From positions 1 through 15,357 of the forward strand of contig CAWJSR010000030.1 in NCBI GenBank assembly GCA_963845515.1: a stretch of DNA of 15,357 bases. The letters are read 5' to 3'. The notes under the pieces are model-generated. The model was not told the DNA's origin, did not search any database, and was given only the letters and a program-made list of their open reading frames with translations. This document shows positions 1 through 7,714 of the stretch, piece by piece; the first letter of the stretch is position 1, and every line of letters begins with the position of its first letter. This stretch comes from an uncultured delta proteobacterium (GTDB lineage Bacteria; Myxococcota; Myxococcia; Myxococcales; Anaeromyxobacteraceae). The position numbers and the translations under genes were made by a program.

Positions 1-2
1 GC

Positions 3-377
3 AGAGCAAGACCAACGGCGCCGAGCGGCTACAACCATGTATCGCTCGGCGAGAGCCTCTCGATCAACGCCGACGAGGTGGCCGCCGCGATCGCGGTGGC
101 GCTCGGCTCGAAGAAGCTCATCTACCTCACCGACGTCCCGGGGATCCTCGCGTCGGCCCCCGACGGCGACCTCATCCGCCAGCTGACGGGCGCCGACCTG
201 AAGCGGATGATCGAGACCGGCGCGATCACCGGCGGCATGAAGTGGAAGGCCACCTCGATCCAGGCGGCGCTCGCGGGCGGCGTCGAGCGGGTCCACGTCC
301 TCGACGGGCGCCAGCCCCACACGGTCATCGCCGAGCTCTTCACCGACCGCGGCGTCGGCTCCCTGGTGCAGTCATGA
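3..377 (+). CDS. argB: Acetylglutamate kinase, C-terminal part (5'-truncated)
   Basis: Frame is open from nt 3. From nt ~48 it reads GESLSINADEVAAAIAVALGSKKLIYLTDVPGI...TGGMKWK...GVERVHVLDGRQPHTVIAELFTDRGVGS, matching ArgB motifs (NAD, LTDVxG, GGM, ELFT.xG.G). The stop overlaps the argR start (ATGA). The first ~47 nt do not look like ArgB. Confidence 0.92.
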   Translation, partial: RARPTAPSGYNHVSLGESLSINADEVAAAIAVALGSKKLIYLTDVPGILASAPDGDLIRQLTGADLKRMIETGAITGGMKWKATSIQAALAGGVERVHVLDGRQPHTVIAELFTDRGVGSLVQS

Positions 378-847
378 ACGCCGCCGACCGCCGCCGCGAC
401 GCCGTCTCGCGCATCCTCCGCAGCCGCCGCGTCTCGACCCAGGAGGAGCTGCTCGCCGCCCTCTCCGACGAGGGCTTCACCGCCACGCAGGCGACGCTCT
501 CGCGCGACCTCGCCAGGCTCGGCGCACGCCGGGTCTCCCGCCGCGACGGGGCCTTCTACGAGCTCCCCGACGACCCGTCGGCCGGCCCGCTCGCCCCGCT
601 GCGCGGGCTCGTCACCGGGGTGGCCGCGAACGGCTCGCTCGCGGTGATCCGCACCCACCCCGGGAGCGCCTCGGCGGTCGCGCACGCGATCGACCGGGCC
701 GGGCTCGACCACGTGCTCGGCACCATCGCGGGTGACGACACGATCTTCGTCGCGCCGACGGGGGCCGTCACCCCCAGGAAGCTCGCCGCGCGGCTCGCGG
801 CCCTGCTGGGAACGCAGGGCGGCGCTGGGGACGGCCGGGCGCACTGA
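374..847 (+). CDS. argR: Arginine repressor, 157 aa (true start ATG 374, not 242)
   Basis: MNAADRRRDAVSRIL...STQEELL...TQATLSRDL (winged HTH) and GTIAGDDTIFV (arginine-binding motif). ATGA overlap with the argB stop. Confidence 0.95.
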   Translation: MNAADRRRDAVSRILRSRRVSTQEELLAALSDEGFTATQATLSRDLARLGARRVSRRDGAFYELPDDPSAGPLAPLRGLVTGVAANGSLAVIRTHPGSASAVAHAIDRAGLDHVLGTIAGDDTIFVAPTGAVTPRKLAARLAALLGTQGGAGDGRAH

Positions 848-866
848 CGCCGGCCGGGCGGAGGCG

Positions 867-2085
867 CTACCCCGTCACGCGCTTCCACTCCGAGAACGAC
901 CGCTGCACGCAGTCCTCGATCGCGAGCCCGTCGAAGAAGTTCCCGGTCAGCGCCAGCCGCTCCGCCGCGAGCGCGCCGTCGAGCTCCGCGACGATCTCCG
1001 CGTGCCCGAGCCTGGGAGCGGGGAGCGTGCGGCGTGCCTCCACCGCCTCGGCGATGTCGGCCTGGGCGACGCCCAGCGTGTCGGCAGCGCGCCGGAGCTT
1101 CTCCTCGCGCGACGCGAGCCCTCCCTTGAAGTGGAAGGCGAAGGCGCGCCACCGCGCGTCCGGGAAGGTGTCGCGCGTCACCGCCGAGTAGAAGACGTCG
1201 TCGGCGGCGACTAGGAAGGCGACCTCGGGGACCTTCGTCTTCTCCAGCGGCACGACGACGCCGAGGGTCTCGACCTGCGACGTCCCGATCCTCCGGAGGG
1301 CGGCGGCGACCCTCGGCCAGTCGCGCTCCACCAGCGGCGCGGCCACGTGCGCGGGAGTCGCCACGGCGCAGCCTTCCGCCTCGATCGTCCGGCCGTCCGA
1401 GAGCTCGACCGCGAACCCCGTCCCGGCGCGGAAGACGCCGCGCGCTTCGACGCCTCCCAGCACGGTGATGCCCGGGATCGCGGCCAGCGCCTCGCAGAGT
1501 GACTGGAGCCCGCCCTGGAGCCCGAACGATGCGCGGGAGGTCATCCCGCCGCGACCGCTTCTTGAAGAGGGAGCCGGGCCCCTCCGCCGGGAAGGCGTCG
1601 GCGCTCTGCGACGGGACCGCCGCCAGGAAGGGAGAGAGGATCCTCCGGTAGTTCTTCGGCCCGACGAGCCCGCCGAGCCAGCCGCTGACCGTCTTCCCCT
1701 GCTTCCCGCCGAGGTATCCGGCCGGGAGGTAGATGGCCGCCTCGAGCCAGCTCAGCTGGGCGAGGATCCGGGGAGGGGTGAGCCAGAGCCACTTCCCGCC
1801 CCGACCGAACCCGAACCGGCCGCGCGCAGGGCCCCGCTCGAGGAGCTTCCCGACGAGCCCCGTCGCCTCGGCCATCTCCACGAAGCCGCCGTAGCTGTTG
1901 TACGTGGTGTGCGCACCCAGCTCGAACCAGTAGCCGTCGGCGAGGCGGTGGGAGTGGAGGCACCCCCCCACCCGCGCGGCCTCGCGCTCGATCACGAGCA
2001 CCTTCCGGCCGGCCTTCGCCGCCCTGAAGGCGTACGAGAGGCCGCTGACACCCGCGCCCACCACGATGACGTCCGGTCGTTCCAT
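867..2085 (-). CDS. FAD-dependent oxidoreductase, protoporphyrinogen/coproporphyrinogen oxidase (HemY)-like, ~405 aa; one apparent +1 indel near nt 1530
   Basis: MERPDVIVVGAGVSG (GxGxxG), RVGG, FELGAHT and C-terminal LTGNFFDGLAIEDCV. Removing one base at ~1530 joins KKRSRRDDLPR to SFGLQGGLQSL. Purine-rich GAGAAAGAGG precedes the ATG. Confidence 0.8.
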
Positions 2086-2244
2086 CCTCTTTCTCACTCC
2101 TGGGGCAGCCCTCCGGGCTGCGCATCGAGGCGCCTCGGGGGACAGGAAGCGTCGCACTTTTTGGCGCCGCGTCCAAGCACACTTGCGACCCCGGGTCACC
2201 CGAGGACGCTGGAACGCTGCCCACAGGTGGGCTAAGTATTTCGG

Positions 2245-3274
2245 ATGCCAATCCAGATCGGCTTCCTCGGCCTCGGGACCATGGGCTTCGCGATGGCCAA
2301 CAACATCCGCAAGACCGGCCTGGGCATCACGGTCTGGAACCGATCCGCCGAACGCTGCAAGCCCTTCGCGGCCAAGGGGGCGCGCGTGGCGAAGTCCCCG
2401 CGCGAGTGCGCCGAGGGGCGAGACCTCGTCATCACCTGCGTCTCCGACGAGCGGGCGCTCGACGCGATCCTGGATGGCCCCGACGGCGTCCTCGCCGGGC
2501 TCCAGCCGGGCGACGTGCTCGTCGACATGTCCACCTCGGGGACCCGCGCCGCCCGCTCCGTGGCCGAGCGCGTCGCGAAGCGCGGCGCCCGCTTCGTCGC
2601 GGCGCCGGTCCTCGGCTCCCGGGCCGCGGCGGAGAAGGCGCAGCTCGTCGTCGTCGCGGGCGGTCCGCGCGAGGCGCGCGAGCGCGCTCACCCTGCCCTC
2701 CACGCAGTCTCCGCCCGCATCTTCGAGATGGATGATCCGGTCCAGGCCGCGCTGCTGAAGGTCTGCGTCAACGCGGTCGGCGGCGCGATGATGGCGGCGT
2801 TCGGCGAGTCGCTCGCGCTCGCGGCCACCGGCGGCGTTCCGCTGGGCCGCTTCATCGAGGTGCTCCAGGCCTCCGGCTTCCACTCGCCCCTCTACCTCAT
2901 GAAGGGCGAGCAGATCATCAACGACGACTTCGCCCCGCGCTTCGCGCTGTCGCTGGCCGAGAAGGACCTGCGGCTCGCCCAGGAGTCGGCCGCCGACCAG
3001 GGGGCGTCGATGCCCGTGAGCGGGGCCGTCCGGCGGCTCTTCGCGAGCGCGGCCCGCGCCGGCCGCGGGGACAAGGACATGGCGGCGGTCGCCGACCTGC
3101 TCCTCGAGTGGACGCGGACGGGCGAGGCCGCCAGGGGTGCCGCGAAGGGGAAGACGAAGAGCACGGCCCGAAAGGCGAGGCCAGCCGCGAAGCCGATCGC
3201 GAAGAAGGCTGCGAAGAAGACTGCGACCGAAGAAGAAGGCCGTGAAGAGGAAGGGCGGCAGGAGCGCGCGGTAG
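2245..3274 (+). CDS. NAD(P)-dependent beta-hydroxyacid dehydrogenase (3-hydroxyisobutyrate dehydrogenase family) with Lys/Ala-rich tail; likely true stop TAG 3272-3274 (ORF track: 3309)
   Basis: IGFLGLGTMG Rossmann motif, VWNRS, DMSTSG, APVLGS, catalytic Lys in LLKVCVN, FAPRFALSLAEKDL. A +1 shift at ~3226 continues the basic tail as KKKAVKRKGGRSAR*. Confidence 0.9.
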
Positions 3275-3284
3275 CCGCCCCCTC

Positions 3285-3306
3285 CCTCTCCCCTGCGGCG
3301 GAGAGG
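3285..3306. repeat. Short REP-like inverted repeat CCTCTCC-N8-GGAGAGG between convergent genes
   Basis: 7-bp arms at 3285-3291 and 3300-3306, just downstream of the inferred stop at 3274. No U-tract. Confidence 0.4.
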
Positions 3307-3348
3307 TGACCAACCCCGCGAGGCGTCTGCGCGCCCGGACGCTCCGGG

Positions 3349-3729
3349 TCAGTGAACGGCGACGGAGCCCAGCGCGGCGCCGACCGTGCGCTCGAGCTCC
3401 TCGAGCGTGAAGGGCTTCTTGACGAAGGCGACCGGGACGCAGTCCGGGTCGAGCGCAGCCTCGATCTCCTCGCGCGGCGCCGCCGAGACCATGATGATCT
3501 TCGGGCAGCGGTCGCCAAGCGCCTCCCGCAGCTCCGCGAAGAAGGTCGCGCCGTTGACGAGCGGCATCTGGAAGTCGAGCAGCGCGAGGTCGGGAGGGTT
3601 CTTCTGCGCGAGCGCCAGCGCCTCGGCCACGTCCGAGAACGTCACCGCGACGTGACCCAGCTCGCGCACCGCGCGCGTGATCGCGGCCCGCACGATCTCG
3701 GTGTCGTCTACGATGAGAACTCGCGCCAT
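3349..3729 (-). CDS. Single-domain response regulator (CheY-like receiver), 126 aa
   Basis: MARVLIVDD, PDLALLDFQMP (phospho-Asp), MVSA, VKKPF. GGGAG Shine-Dalgarno lies 6 nt before ATG 3729. Confidence 0.92.
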   Translation of the reverse strand: MARVLIVDDTEIVRAAITRAVRELGHVAVTFSDVAEALALAQKNPPDLALLDFQMPLVNGATFFAELREALGDRCPKIIMVSAAPREEIEAALDPDCVPVAFVKKPFTLEELERTVGAALGSVAVH

Positions 3730-3763
3730 GCCAGGCTCCCGTCTCCGTCCGGAAGCCCATGAA

Positions 3764-3779
3764 TGCGCGGATCGTGCCG
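3764..3779 (-). promoter_or_regulatory. Candidate sigma54 (-24/-12) promoter of the receiver gene
   Basis: Minus strand reads CGGCACG-ATCC-GCGCA: GG and GC are exactly 10 nt apart (consensus TGGCACG-N4-TTGCA). This would give a ~24-nt leader containing the SD. Confidence 0.5.
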
Positions 3780-3856
3780 AGCCCAAGTCCTCGGGATCAT
3801 TGGGCGCGCCGATCGGTTAGCGGCCACCCAGGGTGGGTGGATCAGCCCCCGGGAGG

Positions 3857-4866
3857 TCAGGTGTACCTCGCCAGCGTGAGGCGAACGGCCTCGGTGTAGT
3901 GGCGCCTCGCTCCCGCCGGCGCCACCACCTCGGCCTCCCCCCGAAGGAGAGCGCGAAGCGGGTCGCCCACTCCTCGGAGACGCCTGCCACCTCGACGACG
4001 GCACCATCCCGGTCGCGCTTCACCACCCGGAGGGCGCCCGGGCGGGCGAGCGCCCAGTCGGCGGCGCGCGGCGCGAGCCGGATCCGGATGGGCTCGCCGC
4101 CAGCCCGCGAGAAGAGCCTGGCGCGGGCCAGGTCGGCCTCCGCCGGTGGGTCGAAGCGTGCGTCGCCGATCGAGCACTCGCGGATGCGGTCCAGGCGGAA
4201 GGCGACCGCCTTCCCACGCTCCTCGTCGTGGCCGTACAGGTACCAGTGGCCAAGCCGCTGCGCGAGCGTCCACGGGTGGACGACGCGCTCGCGGGCGGCG
4301 GGCTGTCCGTAGGACTGGTGCTCGAGCCGCACCACGCGCCGCTCGGCGATCGCCCGCTGAAGCTTCCCCAGGATCGAGTCCCGCGCCGGCGGCGAGCCGG
4401 CGTAGATGCGTCCGACCAGCTCGTCGAAGCTGGCGCGCCGGTCGCGAGGGACGCATTCGCGCAGCGCCCTCACCACGCGCTCGCGCCCCTCGCCTCCCAG
4501 CCCCTGCGCCGCCGCGGCCAGCGCCGCCGCCTCGCTCTCCGTGAAGCGCGGCGGGCGCGTGAAGCTCTGGTGGAGCGCGACGTAGACGCGGTCGCCCTCC
4601 ACGTAGAGGTCCAGGAAGTCGTCGGGCGCGAACGGCGGCGCGCCCACTCCCAGGAGGAACTCCAGGTCGTCGAGCAGCTCCGACTCCGAGATGCCGCACT
4701 TGCGGGCCAGCTCGCGGACGGGGATCCCGGGGTGCTGGACCGCGTACGGCACCAGGAAGAGGACCCTGCGGAGCCTGTCGCGAGGATCGGCGCGCGCCTC
4801 CCGCGCCGCCTTCACGCGAGGCTGCGCCGGGCGCCGGGTGCGAGGGCCGGGCCTGGCGGGGCTCAT
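3857..4866 (-). CDS. pafC: PafC-like HTH-WYL-WCX transcriptional regulator, ~336 aa; apparent -1 indel in the C6 run at 3937-3942
   Basis: RLRRVLFLVPY, ELARKCGISESELLDDL, GAPPFAPDDFLD (cf. PafC GLPGY.PgDLiD), RPPRFTESEA, VHPWTL...HWYLYG...FRLDRI. Adding one base restores SFGGEAEVVAPAGARRHY. ATGA overlap with the pafB stop. Confidence 0.85.
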
Positions 4867-5894
4867 GACAGCCCCTTCGCGAGCGCGCGCAGGATGGCCC
4901 TGGCCTGGTCGCGGAGCGGCTTCGGGCCAAGGAGCTCCGCCCGGTCGCCGAGCGCGAGCACGTGGCGGACGAGCGCCTCGCCGTTGGTGGCGTCCAGCTC
5001 CACGACGGCGCCGGAGGCGTCCTCCTTGATGCGCGCGCGCGGACCGAACGACGCCACGAGCTCCGGCGCGAGCGGGGCGTCCAGCCGGACCCGGCAGCGC
5101 TGCGGCGGGTGGACCGAGAACTCCCACGCCTCCTGGGTGGCGTAGTCCGCGAGCCGGAAGTCCTTGCGCGCGGAGAAGTCGGCGCTGCGCGGCGCGGTGC
5201 CGTTCACCGTGAGCGACCGGATGCGGCCGAGCGAGAAGGTCCGGATCGCCTTGCGCAGGTGGCACCAGCCGACGACGTACCAGGCTCCGGCCTTCTGGTA
5301 GAGCCCGTAGGGATCGACGTCTCGCTCCGTCCTGGTGCGCCGCTCCGCCCCCTCGTAGGCGACGTGGACGCGCTTCCTGTGCGCGACCGCGCGAGAGAGA
5401 TCCTCCAGCCGCGCGCCGATCCCGCGCTCGTCCTCGCTCGCCTCGCCCTCCGTCTCGCCGTCGTCCTGCGCCGAGAGCCTTCGCCCGACGCTCGCAGCGG
5501 CCTCGGCACCCGGGGCGCGGGCGGCGAAGGAGAGCTTGTTGAGCGCGTGCGCGAGGTCACGCACGTAGGGGAAGCTCCCCTTCGCGAGCGCCGCCGAGCC
5601 CGCGAGGTAGAGCAGCGCCAGGTCCTCCGGCGGGAGCTTCAGGTCGGGGAGGTAGAACTCGTCCTTGTCGATCAGGTAGCCGGCCGGGAGATCCTCGTCC
5701 CCGGCGGCGTAACGGATCGGGATCCCGAGCTCGAGCAGCTCCGCCTTGTCGCGCTCGAACTTGCGGATGGCGGCCTCGCCGCTGGACCTGCCGTAGTCCT
5801 CTGGGAATTGCTCCTGGATCTCGCGCCAGGAGACCGGCTCCGCCGCACGGAGCAGGAACGCGGCGAGATCGAGGAGCCGCTGCGCCTTCTGCAT
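4863..5894 (-). CDS. pafB: PafB-like HTH-WYL-WCX transcriptional regulator, 343 aa (start ATG 5894)
   Basis: MQKAQRLLDL, RKFERDKAELLELGIPI (cf. PafB RMFERDKxELRxLGIP), VDPYGL...AWYVVG...RTFSLGRI (WYL), LGDRAELLGPKPLR (WCX). Confidence 0.88.
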   Translation of the reverse strand: MQKAQRLLDLAAFLLRAAEPVSWREIQEQFPEDYGRSSGEAAIRKFERDKAELLELGIPIRYAAGDEDLPAGYLIDKDEFYLPDLKLPPEDLALLYLAGSAALAKGSFPYVRDLAHALNKLSFAARAPGAEAAASVGRRLSAQDDGETEGEASEDERGIGARLEDLSRAVAHRKRVHVAYEGAERRTRTERDVDPYGLYQKAGAWYVVGWCHLRKAIRTFSLGRIRSLTVNGTAPRSADFSARKDFRLADYATQEAWEFSVHPPQRCRVRLDAPLAPELVASFGPRARIKEDASGAVVELDATNGEALVRHVLALGDRAELLGPKPLRDQARAILRALAKGLS

Positions 5895-5903
5895 GGCTGC
5901 AGA

Positions 5904-5912
5904 AAGGTACCA
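5904..5912 (-). promoter_or_regulatory. Extended -10 (TGgTACCTT) for pafBC, near-leaderless
   Basis: TG-n-TAnnnT ends 9 nt before ATG 5894. No SD is visible. Confidence 0.45.
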
Positions 5913-5942
5913 CACGCGCGGACACTGCTGCCTCCCGCGTTG

Positions 5943-5971
5943 TTCCCAAATCGGGGCACGCCGTCTAGACT
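5943..5971 (+). promoter_or_regulatory. Candidate sigma70 promoter for the DUF1054 gene
   Basis: TTCCCA (5943-5948), 17-nt spacer, TAGACT (5966-5971). GGAG at 5990-5993. Confidence 0.5.
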
Positions 5972-6001
5972 CCCTGCCTTTCCCCCCGTGGAGACTCCGC
6001 G

Positions 6002-6625
6002 ATGGCCTGCCTCGGCTTCGGTCCGGCCGACTTCGAGCTCTTCGAGATCGACGATCCGCCAGCTCGGGCGGCGGCGATCGAGGCCGAGCTGCTGCCGAAG
6101 CTGCGCCGGATCGCGGCCGACTGCCTGCCGGGGCTCACGCGCATCGCCGGCAGGGACCTGCACGCGCACGACGGCAAGGCCGCCAACCGGAAGGGGCAGC
6201 CGCCCGAGGAGGCCCTGGTCGTGTTCTGCGACTCCGCCAAGGGCTATCGCGGGCTGCCGTTCCTCGCTGTGGTCATGACGCGCGAACACCTCCACGCGCG
6301 CGTCGGGCTGCGCGGGGAGTCCCCGAGGCGGCTCGCGATGCACGAGGTGCTGGCGCGGGAGGCGGGAAACCTCTCCCGTAAAGGAAAGCCGTTCCGGAAG
6401 CTTCGAGCCTACGCAGGCTGGAACTTCGAGGAGCTGCCGGAGCTGGCGCCGGCGCACTCGGTCGCCTTCTGGCAGGAGCTGAGCGAGGCGATCGGCCCTG
6501 GCCGCTCGGACCTGGACGTCGGCGTGGCGCTCACGCGCGAGGAGGCACGGAGCCTCTCGCTCGGCGACCTGCTGGGGGTCTTCAGGGACCTGGCGCCACT
6601 GTACAAGCTCCTGGCCAATGCATAG
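6002..6625 (+). CDS. DUF1054 / UPF0637 (YktB-like) protein, 207 aa
   Basis: F...DFELF.I....AR...I.....PKL, HAHDGKAANRKGQPPEEALVVFCDSAKGYRGLP, and DLAPLYK at the C-terminus follow the recalled YktB pattern (HVAKHARRxVNPP.dsWVAF....RGYK.LP). Confidence 0.75.
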   Translation: MACLGFGPADFELFEIDDPPARAAAIEAELLPKLRRIAADCLPGLTRIAGRDLHAHDGKAANRKGQPPEEALVVFCDSAKGYRGLPFLAVVMTREHLHARVGLRGESPRRLAMHEVLAREAGNLSRKGKPFRKLRAYAGWNFEELPELAPAHSVAFWQELSEAIGPGRSDLDVGVALTREEARSLSLGDLLGVFRDLAPLYKLLANA

Positions 6626-6626
6626 G

Positions 6627-6765
6627 GCGGCGCTGGCCGGCGCGCATCCTCGGCCGATCTCGGGCGGGCTCCTCCGTGCGCTGCTCGGCGTACGAAACTG
6701 TACGCCTGCGCTGCTGCGTCGTCACGCGCCCGACCTCGGCTCGAGCCTGCGCGCCGTCAGGCCGT
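6627..6765. repeat. ~140-bp imperfect long hairpin (MITE/REP-like or structured RNA)
   Basis: Apical stem GGCGTAC-gaaact-GTACGCC (6687-6706). Nested pairs TCGGGCG/CGCCCGA, GCCGA/TCGGC, CTCG/CGAG, CGGCGCGCA/TGCGCGCCG, CTG/CAG, CGGC/GCCG. It fills the gap between convergent genes. Confidence 0.75.
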
Positions 6766-7630
6766 GATCATCCCTCGCCCTCGCCCTCGGTGGCGGGAGA
6801 GCGGGGATCGACCGCCGGTTGCGGCGCCGGTTCGCCGGCTTCGCGGACGGCTTCGCCGCGGCGGCCTCGGCGGCCCTGCGGTCCTCGCGCGCGGCCTGGC
6901 GGACGGCGTCGAGCAGCTCGTCGTGGTCGCGGCGCAGCCCTTCGTAGCGGCGGCGCAGCTCCGTGTACCGATCGCTCGCGAGCTCGAGCTCGCCCTTCTG
7001 CACCATGAACACGCGCCGCTCGGTCTCGAGCCGCCCCTTGCCCTTCTTCGCCTCGGCCTCCAGCTCGGCCACCTTCCGGCGCGCCTCCAGCGCCTTGGCC
7101 TCCGCCTTGTCGGCGCGCTCGTTCGCGGCGCGGACCGCCTCGGCATCGGGGCTCGGCTCGGCCCTCGGCGCAGGAGGGGGCGCCGCCGGAGCCTGCTGGC
7201 GCTGCTCGGCCGCGACGCGCAGCCGCTCCACCTGCTCCTTGGCCTTCTCCAGCTCCTTCTCGGCGGCCCGGACCCGCTCCGACTGGTGGTCGGCCTCGGC
7301 CCTGGCCTCCGCGAGCCGGGAGCTCACCTTGTCGAGCTCCTCCCGGACCGCCTGGGCACCGCCCAGCCGCTTGGCGGTCTCCTGCTGGTCGAAGGCGCGC
7401 TTCTTCGTGGACGCCAGCTCGGCGCGCAGCCCCGCCGCCTCCTCGCGCCGCTCCTTCGCCTCGGCGCGGGCCTCGCGCTCCGACTTGCGCGCCCCCTCGA
7501 GGTCGGCCTCGAGCCGCCGGACGTCCTCCGTGCGGGCGGCGAGCGCTGCACGCGCACCGCGCATGGCGAGGAAGAAGCCGACCGCGGCGACGGCCGCGGC
7601 GAGGGTGACGACGGGTAGGAGGTTGTCCAT
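6722..7630 (-). CDS. Hypothetical coiled-coil protein with N-terminal membrane anchor; true stop possibly TGA at 6770-6768
   Basis: Hydrophobic LLPVVTLAAAVAAVGFFLAM, then E/R/K/A-rich helices split by a Pro-rich linker. GGAG upstream. A frame change at ~6831 gives PAPQPAVDPRSPATEGEGEG*, which ends just outside the hairpin element. Confidence 0.8.
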   Translation of the reverse strand: MDNLLPVVTLAAAVAAVGFFLAMRGARAALAARTEDVRRLEADLEGARKSEREARAEAKERREEAAGLRAELASTKKRAFDQQETAKRLGGAQAVREELDKVSSRLAEARAEADHQSERVRAAEKELEKAKEQVERLRVAAEQRQQAPAAPPPAPRAEPSPDAEAVRAANERADKAEAKALEARRKVAELEAEAKKGKGRLETERRVFMVQKGELELASDRYTELRRRYEGLRRDHDELLDAVRQAAREDRRAAEAAAAKPSAKPANRRRNRRSIPALPPPRARARDDHGLTARRLEPRSGA

Positions 7631-7714
7631 GCGGCGAAGACTCCGGGGACGGGGGTCTCCATGGCTATCCCAGGATGGTCGCCTTGTGAAGCGGTGCTAT
7701 GTTCCACGGCGTCC

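Noticed and set aside
2105..2232. Several short dyads in the divergent spacer (GCAGCCC/GGGCTGC, CGAGGCGCCTCG, GCCCAC/GTGGGC)
   Set aside because: They share no sequence and are short and GC-rich, so chance is a sufficient explanation.
556..2883. 775-aa minus-strand ORF
   Set aside because: Chimeric reading. Only 2085 to ~1531 is real (FAD oxidoreductase N-half); the rest is antisense shadow of other genes or out-of-frame sequence.
3930..3945. Programmed frameshift or phase variation in pafC
   Set aside because: A C6 run is short for phase variation, and similar indels occur throughout the window, so sequencing error is more likely.
3857..5894. WYL genes as markers of a defence island (BrxR/CapW type)
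   Set aside because: No defence, cas, integrase or low-GC genes nearby, and the motifs match PafB/PafC.
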